From NCBI GenBank assembly GCA_963723365.1, contig CAVRRG010000079.1:1382-65381 (forward strand): 64,000 nucleotides of DNA, read 5' to 3'. Made by a program: the position numbers and the translations under genes. This DNA comes from Calditrichota bacterium. GTDB lineage: Bacteria > Calditrichota > Calditrichia > Calditrichales > J004. Below the pieces are notes generated by a model. The model worked only from the letters and a program-made list of their open reading frames with translations, searched no databases and had not been told where the DNA came from. Positions 10,458-19,400 of this stretch are shown here, piece by piece. Within the stretch, counting starts at the first letter, position 1. Each line of letters starts with the position of its first letter.

Positions 10458-10775
10458 TTAAAATGAAAACATTTCCTGAAGTATTTGAATTACTTTGTAT
10501 TGAGATTTATCATCGATAACCCCAATCTTTTTTATTAATCTGATCTTATCAACAGTACGAATTTGGTCAAGAATAATTTGTCCTTTTGCACGTTTAAACT
10601 TACAGGTAATTCTCGATGGATAATTTTTAATCCGCGAAGTCATCGGAGCAATTATAACCGTAGAAATGTATTCATTCATTTCATCTGGAGAAATTATTAA
10701 ACAGGGGCGAGTCTTTTTAATTTCTCTACCAATAGTCGGGTCAAGATTGATCAGAAAAACATCAAATCTTTTCAT
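10458..10775 (-). CDS. mazF: Type II toxin, MazF/PemK-family endoribonuclease
   Basis: FDVFLINLDPTIGREIKKTRPCLIISPDEMN...VIIAPMTS is typical of PemK/MazF. 4-nt overlap with the upstream antitoxin gene. Confidence 0.85.
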   Translation of the reverse strand: MKRFDVFLINLDPTIGREIKKTRPCLIISPDEMNEYISTVIIAPMTSRIKNYPSRITCKFKRAKGQIILDQIRTVDKIRLIKKIGVIDDKSQYKVIQILQEMFSF

Positions 10776-11038
10776 TCAGTTTCCCAAACCCATTCACTAT
10801 CATCCCAGGAACTTTGTCTTGAAATTTCATTTTCATCCAATAGCTGATCATCTGAATTTGCAGCCATTTTCTGAAACGCTTTTTCCCATCCGGCTCTACG
10901 ATGATGAATAGGTTTGATAATAATCTTATCCTGATCTACTTCAAGATCTACTTCATTCTCAATACCGATTTGGTTAAGTACTACTTTGGGTAACCTAATC
11001 CCGCGAGAATTTCCAATTTTAATGATTTTAGTTTTCAT
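10772..11038 (-). CDS. mazE: Type II antitoxin, AbrB/MazE/SpoVT-fold
   Basis: N-terminal IIKIGNSRGIRLPKVVLNQIG swapped-hairpin motif, acidic C-terminal tail, and ATGA overlap with mazF. Confidence 0.85.
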   Translation of the reverse strand: MKTKIIKIGNSRGIRLPKVVLNQIGIENEVDLEVDQDKIIIKPIHHRRAGWEKAFQKMAANSDDQLLDENEISRQSSWDDSEWVWETE

Positions 11039-11043
11039 ACATA

Positions 11044-11057
11044 AATGTAATTACATT
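11044..11057. promoter_or_regulatory. Perfect 14-bp palindrome AATGTAATTACATT immediately upstream of mazE; candidate autoregulatory operator
   Basis: Read directly from the sequence. It lies 6 nt upstream of the mazE ATG, and a related half-site (AATTTACATGT) lies ~30 nt further upstream. Confidence 0.35.
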
Positions 11058-11426
11058 GTGCTTCTTTTGCAATCAATAATTTAATTTACATGTGACAAAC
11101 TTTTAGGCGTTTAACACAGCTATATCTGTTTATAAAGGAAATTTATATTGGGTTCTTAACAAAGTACCAAAGTTTCCCGACACATCGTGACTCAAAAAGA
11201 TCTTGGTTTCTTTCTAATCCCGACTAGTCTGAATTTCTTCGGCTAAGAATCTTCTGCTTGTGGAATGCAGTTTTTACTTTTTAAGCGCATGCTAATTCAA
11301 AATTAAATATTTGAAATATTTTATTTATAAAACTAAATGACATAATTACATAAATTATTATATTGTTGAAAAAAGGGTGGTCTTTAACATGCTAAAATCC
11401 CTCAAAAGAAAAACAGGAAAAGCCGC

Positions 11427-13025
11427 ATGCAGTTAGAACATCTCAAACTTCAAAGTGAAGCTTTTAAGGAAAGTTTTAATATTCTAAGCAAGGCTAAAAA
11501 TCATGAAGAGCTTGCCCGGAAATTTTTTCATATTTTACGTGACAATCTTCTTATCGTTAATATCATTGTTTATTTTAGAGCTAATGATAAAGAGACATGG
11601 AAGAAACTTTTCTCAAGGACAAAAAGTACAGATATCTCTATTAAAGATCTTCTAAAAGACGAAGAAAAAACAGGAATTTTCCATATCAAGCACCATGAAT
11701 TTAAAATTTGTATTAAACACCCCTTTTTCGATAAGTCAATAATCGTGGTTTTTTTAGGTGCAAAACTTGATGATTCAGAATACAGTGAATCTGATAAAAT
11801 TGCTCTGCAATTTTTTCTCCAACAATTAGACATTGTATACCGGTTACTTATTTCGCGCAAAAAAGAAAATCAATTGGTTTTCGAACTAAACCATCGTGTT
11901 TTACAACTTACCAGTCTTGTTGATTTAGGGATTGAAGTCGCGCGGTTGCAGGCAGGAAACCAATTATTAAATAACGCTCTTGAAAAAGTGTTTACATTAA
12001 CAAATTCTTCAAAAGGTGTTCTAAGAGTTAAGAAAGGGCGAAAGATTGTTGATGAAGTCTTTTATCCTTTTCCTTTTAGATTAAAAGATGTGAAACATAC
12101 TAAATTTCATATTTCTACATCCTTCAGTTTTATGGATAAAAAATATAACTTCCACTTATATGAAAAAGAAAGCCGCACGGGATTAACTGACTTTGATAAT
12201 AATGATCAGCTTCTATTAGACGCATTTGCCCGACAAGTTCATGTGTCCCTTGAAAATCAGAACCTTCATGAACAGTCTTTAGAAAAAGAACTCATTGATA
12301 AAGAAATATCGCTTGCCGGATCAATCCAAAAAAATCTTATACCGGAAAAATTACCTGATATTAACGGTTATGATCAATTTGGAATTAACATCCCAACAAA
12401 GTTTATTGGCGGCGATTATTACGATTGTATTCCTTTAAAGGACGGACGTTTTATGTTTATCATGGCTGATGTTTCCGGAAAAGGAGTGGCAGCAGGATTA
12501 CTTGTGAGCACATTACACGCTTCAGTGCATGCCTACTTAAATGGACCCTTTCATCTGAAAGAACTTGTACATAATTTAAACAAGGTTGTTTGTGATGCTG
12601 CAAAAGATGAAAGATTTATCACAGCTGTTTTTGCAGTTTTGGATCCAAAAAGCAATGAGCTAATGACGGTAAGCGCAGGACATAATCCAACTTTTCTTTT
12701 ACGAAACAACCAGGTAATAGAAGAGTTATGGGGCGGGATTCCTCTGGGCATGATGCCTACCCCCTTATCCAATCAAATTTCCAAATCCCATCTAAAAAAA
12801 GGTGAAAGTGTGCTTTTTTATACAGATGGCTTAACAGAAGCTTTAAATAGAAAAGAAGAGCAATATGATGACATAAGACCACTGAAAAACTTCCTCATAT
12901 CTCATAAAGCAAAAAGTGCCCAAAGTTTTGTAGAAGATTTGCTGGCTGATTTACATGACTTTACGGGTGATACGGAACAACATGATGATATTACAGCATT
13001 ATACCTTATGCGCAAGAATTTGTAA
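11427..13025 (+). CDS. PPM/SpoIIE-family (RsbU-like) serine phosphatase with an N-terminal sensor (GAF-like) region
   Basis: GGDYYDCIPL...FIMADVSGKGVAAGLL...TAVFAVLD...SAGHNP...LFYTDGLTEA...HDDITALYL. Confidence 0.85.
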   Translation: MQLEHLKLQSEAFKESFNILSKAKNHEELARKFFHILRDNLLIVNIIVYFRANDKETWKKLFSRTKSTDISIKDLLKDEEKTGIFHIKHHEFKICIKHPFFDKSIIVVFLGAKLDDSEYSESDKIALQFFLQQLDIVYRLLISRKKENQLVFELNHRVLQLTSLVDLGIEVARLQAGNQLLNNALEKVFTLTNSSKGVLRVKKGRKIVDEVFYPFPFRLKDVKHTKFHISTSFSFMDKKYNFHLYEKESRTGLTDFDNNDQLLLDAFARQVHVSLENQNLHEQSLEKELIDKEISLAGSIQKNLIPEKLPDINGYDQFGINIPTKFIGGDYYDCIPLKDGRFMFIMADVSGKGVAAGLLVSTLHASVHAYLNGPFHLKELVHNLNKVVCDAAKDERFITAVFAVLDPKSNELMTVSAGHNPTFLLRNNQVIEELWGGIPLGMMPTPLSNQISKSHLKKGESVLFYTDGLTEALNRKEEQYDDIRPLKNFLISHKAKSAQSFVEDLLADLHDFTGDTEQHDDITALYLMRKNL

Positions 13026-13063
13026 GACAATTGATTTTCAAAATTTTTAATCTCTTTTTAACC

Positions 13064-16000
13064 TTATTTAATTCTGATAACAACAAAAGTGATATCGTCT
13101 TCCTGTTGCCTGCCATCCATCCAGCTATCGCCAGCCTTTACCAGTGCTTCTATAATCCCGGAAGGCTGCTTTTCAATTGCTGCCATAAAGTGTTCTTTAA
13201 CGCGATCGTAATCAAACATTTCCTCAGAGTTATTCATTTGTTCAGCCAATCCATCAGAAAGTAACAGAATTGTATCACCACTTTTCAGTTTCTTTTCCAC
13301 AAGATTATAAGAGGCGTTACTCATTGCGCCTAAAGGCATTCCCTCGATCTGTATTTCCTCAATTTGTTTGTTCTTTTTATGGTGAACATAAATGGGAGGC
13401 ATACCAGCAGAACTTGCCTGCATTAATTTTTTATTAATTTTCAAAAAACTAAAGGACATTAATATACGGCCAAGTTTAATTTCTTTAATTGATCTGCTAC
13501 AATGAGTCATAAATTCAATAATTCCAAATTTCGATGACTCAGAAGTAAAAAATCCTTTCATCAATGTTACCATGGTACCAGCTTGCAGACCATGTCCCGT
13601 TGCATCACCAAAAGCAATATTTAATAAACCATTTTCCTGAACATTGAAATCATAATAATCACCGCCTACTTCAGTTGCTGTTCGCATAAAAGCAGCAATT
13701 TCAAGATCTGGCAAAGCAGGGAGTTCCTTGGGGAGCATCGATAACTGAAGTTGTCTGGCTTCTTCCAGTTCCTTTGTTTTTCTTTCATTTTCTGTTTCTA
13801 AAACTCTTTTTTCGGCTTCAGTAGCTTTAATCCGCAATGCTGATTCTCTTATCTGCACTTTTTGTTCGCGTCTATTCAGCTCGATCCGTCTAAATCCAAA
13901 CAGAACGCTGAAAAAGAGGATAAAATATAAAACATAGGCAGCCGTGGTTTTATAAAAGGGAGGAAAAACAAGAATATTTAAGGATGCACCATGTTCATTC
14001 CAAACACCATCATTATTCGATCCCGTTACCCTTAAATAATATTCACCTGCAGATAAATTTGTGAATGTTATGGAGTGGTTATTGCCAAGTTGAATCCAGT
14101 TTTCATTGAATCCCTCCAGTTTATAGCGGTATTGATTATCAAAATTATTGTAAAAACTCAGTGCAGCAAACTCCAGCGTGATAATATTATCCTTATCACT
14201 AAGCAGAATACTGTCACGTTCGCCTATGCCTTTTTCAACGATGGGCTTTCCTTCCTGATCATCTGTATTATACCGCACATACCCTGTAAACTCTATTGGA
14301 GGCAGAAACATGTTATCTTTCAAACTATCCGGGTGAAAAACATTAAATCCATTAGCGCCACCAAAAAGTAAATTGCCTGTTTTTTGATCTTTCGCAAATG
14401 CATTTTGATTAAACTCATTGCCCTGTAAACCATCTTTATCATAATAATTTTTGAATGTTTCGTTTTCAGGATTGAATTTTGATAATCCATTATTGGTGCT
14501 TAACCAAAGGTTGCCCTTTCCATCTTCAACTATTCCCAAAACTAAACTATTTGCCAATCCGTCTTTCTCCGTGTAGTTTTTAAAATTATCGTGCTTCCAG
14601 GAATATCTTCCCAACCCTTTGGTTGTGCCGAACCACATATTACCTTTTGAGTCTTTGAATATCCTGACAACGCTATTATCGATGATACTGGTTGTATCCC
14701 CGGGTACATTTTTGTATTTACGGAAACTATCGCCACCCTGGTCCAGGACGTTAATCCCTCCTCCAAATGTACCAATCCACAATGAACCGGAATCATCTAA
14801 GGCCAGAGACCATGTCTCATTGGAACTGATTGAAGAGGGATCATTTTCTTTGAATTTGTAATTAGAAATTTTATCCTCTTTTCTGTCGATCTTATTGAGT
14901 CCACCACCATATGTTCCAATCCAAATATCACCGTTTGTTTCTTCAACAAGTGAATATATGCGGTTATCGGTAAGTGAAGAAGGATCAGACGGGTTGTGCG
15001 TATAACGTTTAAATTTGCCACTTAGCGGATCATATGAATTCAAACCGTCTCCATAAGATCCTATCCATAACTTTCCTGATTTATCTTCCAATAATGATTG
15101 TACAGAATTGCTTATCAAACTGTTTGAATTAGATGGATTGTTGAGATAATGAGTAAATTTTTTAGAAACCGGATTAAATTTATTTAATCCTCCTGTTCTT
15201 GTTCCAATCCAATAATTTCCATTGTCGTCAACAAGCATCGAGGTAACAATATTATTACTGAGGGAGTTTTTATCTGTTGGTTTATGCTTATAATGCATAA
15301 ACGCCTGGGTTGAAGGATTAAAATAGCTAACGCCGCCTAAATTTGTTCCGACCCATATCAAGCCGCCACGATCTTCGTAAATGGAAAACACAAAATTGTC
15401 ATTTATACTTGCCGGATCGTTAATATCATTTTTAAAATTAACAAATGTTTCTGTATCCGGATTGAACAGGCATAAACCGCCTCGTACAGTTCCGATCCAT
15501 AAATTTCCGCGGGAATCCTCAAATATGGGCCAGACCCAATTATCGGATAAACTTTGCGGATTACGCTGATCATTAACATAATGGGAAAAAATTCCGCTTC
15601 TTTCATCCAGTTTATCCAACCCGTCATGTGTACCAATCCATAAATTTCCCGAGCGATCCCGAAATACGGAATACACTTTATCATTACTTATACTAGATGG
15701 ATTTTGGGGATCATGCTTATAAAGAGTTATTTCTCCTGTGCGTGTATCTGTCCTTTTCAAACCGCTTTCTTTGCCAAGACCGCCTGTCCAGATAATACCA
15801 TTTGCTTCATGAAGCTGAGCACTGACCGTACTCATCCTTACATTAGCTAAATTAATATTTTCCTTACTGACTAGTCTAAAACATTCCAACGCGGCGATAA
15901 ACAGATGCCGATTACCATCGCGTGTTTCGACATAAAGTTGACCGGAACTGTCTTCATAAATCGAAAATATAAAATTTTCACTAAGGCTGGTGGAATCAGT

Positions 16001-16225
16001 AGGATCGTTTTTAAAGACTTTGAAATTATAACCATCAAATCTGTTTAACCCATCCTGGGTTCCAAACCACATAAATCCTTTTTTGTCCTGAAAAATACAG
16101 GTTACTGAACTTTGCGATAATCCATCTTCAACCGTTAGATGATTGAAGGAAATTTGTTGTTGTGAAAATATTTTAGAAATAAATAAAAGCTGAACAATGG
16201 TAAATAAAAGAATCACTCTATTCAT
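13064..16225 (-). CDS. Sensor phosphatase: periplasmic two-component-regulator propeller repeats, Y_Y_Y domain, TM, coiled coil, SpoIIE/PP2C phosphatase
   Basis: Repeated ...D..G.LWIGT..GL..... propeller blades. TM segment (AAYVLYFILFFSVLFGF). C-terminal GGDYYDF...FGDATGHGLQAG...LLSDGLAEQ...EDDITFVVI. Confidence 0.9.
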   Translation of the reverse strand: MNRVILLFTIVQLLFISKIFSQQQISFNHLTVEDGLSQSSVTCIFQDKKGFMWFGTQDGLNRFDGYNFKVFKNDPTDSTSLSENFIFSIYEDSSGQLYVETRDGNRHLFIAALECFRLVSKENINLANVRMSTVSAQLHEANGIIWTGGLGKESGLKRTDTRTGEITLYKHDPQNPSSISNDKVYSVFRDRSGNLWIGTHDGLDKLDERSGIFSHYVNDQRNPQSLSDNWVWPIFEDSRGNLWIGTVRGGLCLFNPDTETFVNFKNDINDPASINDNFVFSIYEDRGGLIWVGTNLGGVSYFNPSTQAFMHYKHKPTDKNSLSNNIVTSMLVDDNGNYWIGTRTGGLNKFNPVSKKFTHYLNNPSNSNSLISNSVQSLLEDKSGKLWIGSYGDGLNSYDPLSGKFKRYTHNPSDPSSLTDNRIYSLVEETNGDIWIGTYGGGLNKIDRKEDKISNYKFKENDPSSISSNETWSLALDDSGSLWIGTFGGGINVLDQGGDSFRKYKNVPGDTTSIIDNSVVRIFKDSKGNMWFGTTKGLGRYSWKHDNFKNYTEKDGLANSLVLGIVEDGKGNLWLSTNNGLSKFNPENETFKNYYDKDGLQGNEFNQNAFAKDQKTGNLLFGGANGFNVFHPDSLKDNMFLPPIEFTGYVRYNTDDQEGKPIVEKGIGERDSILLSDKDNIITLEFAALSFYNNFDNQYRYKLEGFNENWIQLGNNHSITFTNLSAGEYYLRVTGSNNDGVWNEHGASLNILVFPPFYKTTAAYVLYFILFFSVLFGFRRIELNRREQKVQIRESALRIKATEAEKRVLETENERKTKELEEARQLQLSMLPKELPALPDLEIAAFMRTATEVGGDYYDFNVQENGLLNIAFGDATGHGLQAGTMVTLMKGFFTSESSKFGIIEFMTHCSRSIKEIKLGRILMSFSFLKINKKLMQASSAGMPPIYVHHKKNKQIEEIQIEGMPLGAMSNASYNLVEKKLKSGDTILLLSDGLAEQMNNSEEMFDYDRVKEHFMAAIEKQPSGIIEALVKAGDSWMDGRQQEDDITFVVIRIK

Positions 16226-16490
16226 AATCGGAGACTTGATAGGATCAAAGATATTTTTTCAAAACGCTGCTTATTTTTGAAGAAAAATATAGTTAATTCA
16301 TTATAAAGATGAAATAGCCCCAGATTGTATATAACCATCAGAGGCTATTGAAGTTTTTATTTACTTGTAGATATTCTTTGGACCGGATTTAAATTTTTAG
16401 CAGGCCATTAAACATTACAAGATATTTTAATTAATACTCTTTAAACCTTGTTAATCAGGTCTTTTTTTTCAGCAAAGGTGTCATACAATA

Positions 16491-19400
16491 CTATTTCAGC
16501 AATAACAATCTTTTGGTTGAAACAAAAGAACCACTTTCAAATCTATAAAAATAGATTCCACTGGCTAAACCACCTGCGTTCCATTGGGTACTATAGTAGC
16601 CCGGCTCCATTTCCTGTGATAGCAGTGTAGAAATTAGTTTGCCCTGCAGATCGTAAACTTTAAGAGAAACCCAACCTTTCCGGGGTATCTGATAATTAAT
16701 TTTCGTTATCGGATTAAACGGATTTGGATAATTCTGGCTTAGGCTAAATTCTGCCGGCAGCTGAGAAGTATTAAAATTGCTATTATTAGTAGTTGTTTTC
16801 CTTAAATTAATACCCAAACTGTTTATAGCGAACTTCCAGGCATTAGTCAAATGGTTAAAAATGAATACATAATTATTTTGCTTTGACTCGAGTAATGCTT
16901 TTCCCAATTCTTTGTTTACATTTTTCAACAACTCTTCACAATTTGACTGGGTGCAGGCCCCGTCCAATTCTGCTTCGTCACGTACAATCACGGCTAGTTT
17001 ATATGAGCCCTCTTTGAGATAAAATATAGATTGTTCAATATTTTTACCAAAATCCGGTTCTGAGATATAGGCATATATATCATTAACCGCAGAAGTGATT
17101 TTATCATAAAAAGTTAAACCTTTTTTAGTATTTAAATGATTACCATCATTTTCAAAATAACCTAAAGCTGAACTAATCAATGTTATAGCACTGTTTAAAT
17201 TTCTTTCTGTATTTTTATCCAGCCCGCAATCTTTGCGTGTTGGGCAATACGCATCAATAACAGCGGTAAGCTCCTCAAGTGCGAACTGAATGTAAAGTGC
17301 ACCTGTTAATTCAGTCGGTTCATTGTAAGGTGATATAAAGAACGAGTGTTCTGCTGTAGTTATGTATTGGCTGTTATTACGATTGCCACTTGGAATATTA
17401 TCAGAAGCGATGACGCTGATATCATAATTACCAAGTAGGGTTGTTGATAAACTAATACTATAATTACCATCACCGTTATTTTCGAGAAAGCCCACAACTT
17501 TTTGTCCGTCAGGGGAAGTAACTTCAACACTTACAAGAGCATCATCAATGGCTTCACCTTCTGTTACTGTGTGATCATTAAGTCCACTGGATTCACCGCC
17601 CTGAAATAAGTTTGCCTCTAACCTAACAAGAATAGGAATGGGCTGACCGGTTTCATCTTCTTGTAATGTGTACCGTTCCTGATCTGTTTTGAATTTTAAA
17701 ACCAGGTCGGATTCATTGGCCATATAAACTCTTAACATTTCAGTGCTGTCTGGCGCAACTTTTTCTATTAATGCATATCGCCACTGCCCGATGTTGGGGT
17801 TGTGTATACGGAAAAACTTATAGGGATAGTTTTGACCGTCTTGATAACCGTTAAAAAACTCAACATTATAATCGGACATAGTATAATTATCCTCTGTTAT
17901 AGCCCCTTCCGGAATCAGGTCAGGATCAGTCAAAAACACATCGGGTGGAAGTACAATTAAATCATACTCACTTCCCTGCCAGTCTAATCCCATTTCAAGT
18001 GTTCCACCCTGCCAATCCAAACCGCCTTGCCAGTCCAGACCGCCTTGCCAATCCAGACCACCCTGCCAGTCCAGACCACCTTGCCAATCCAAACCACCTT
18101 GCCAGTCCAGACCACCTTCCCAGGCAAGGGCACCCTGCCAATCCAAACCGCCCTGCCAGTCCAGACCGTTTTCAGAATTAAAAAAATCGCTGCTAATTTC
18201 CTCAGAGAGGTAGGAGACTTGTAAACCCAGTAAACGCAGCCATATAATTTTGACTGCTGTTGGAATTTCCGTGGAACTTGCTATCTGATAATATTCACCA
18301 CCTGTCTCATTAGCCAGCCAGCTCATTAAATCCTGACCGTTATTTACTTCCTGAAATCCCATTGTATACACTTTTATATCCGGGCTGAGAGACAAATCTT
18401 CTGTAATAAGTGTGAAAGGATATACTTCTCCGGCGCTGAATAAAATAATGATTTTATTGTTGCCTGAATTGCTCGCTAATAAATTTCCTGCTTCTGTGAT
18501 TCTATCTGCCAGGTTCGCCGTTGGATTGGGTGATAGATTATCAAGATAATTGTAAACAGTACCAATATCACTGCTTACTGCTAATGATTGCCCGCTTCCG
18601 TTAACAACACCTATCCTGTCACCATTTCTTAGTCTGAAAAGCATCTCAATAGCAGATTTTTTTGCAGGTGTAAATCCATTCAACACTTCCGCAGAGGTGA
18701 AGTTTGTCGAGCCGTCGAATACAAAAACTATATCATAAAGTACAGCACTAAGATTGTCGTAGATATGGTTTATTCCGCCTATATCGTATTGCGTTACAAG
18801 CGACTGATCGCTAAATGTCAGTGGGTGTAAATCCCGTTTATATAGTTCCCCCTGATCAATACGTCCGTACATTGTGGCAGGCTGATTATTGTTACCCATG
18901 TCGGGCTGATAATTTGCATCTCCAGGATTATAAAGATCCGCTAACCCGGAAAAATGACCAATTTCATGTGTAGCTACATTTTGTATATCAAGTTTATAAT
19001 CAGCACCATCATTTCCCCAAACACGATGCTCCCCGGTTGTGAGCGAAATTGGATCGCCATTAAAAGCAATATCAATATCAATCATTTCACCATTTAAAGA
19101 ATTGTATCTAACCCTGGTTACTGCAACCACATTTGACGGGGCTTCTGTACTATCTTCCCATTGTGCAGATGATGGAAGCCAGACTATATTATTAACGCCA
19201 TCCGCATTACCACCCCATTTTTCAGTATTAATAAAATTTGTTTCCGTATAAGCTAGTTGATTTAATCCACTCCAGGTGTTAAAGCCATTTCTGACGGCAT
19301 TGTCATAGCCTGTTTCTATTAGTGATGATGCTATATGATAGTCGCCATTTCCATTCTTCCAATGCAGCGGGATACCTGCAAGGGTAGTGTTCACAATATA

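Noticed and set aside
17974-18170. Possible CRISPR array, because of regularly spaced short repeats. The same was considered for 40140-40496
   Set aside because: The repeats are contiguous with no spacers and are 18 bp and 72 bp units in frame within coding sequence. No cas genes are present in the window.
17945-18224. Plus-strand ORFs rich in Pro/Ala/Asn or Pro/Val/Gln repeats (17945-18181 and 18027-18224)
   Set aside because: They are the antisense reading of the GLDWQG 18-bp repeat inside the 1755-aa gene. They have no start context, and their periodicity is simply inherited from the sense-strand repeat.
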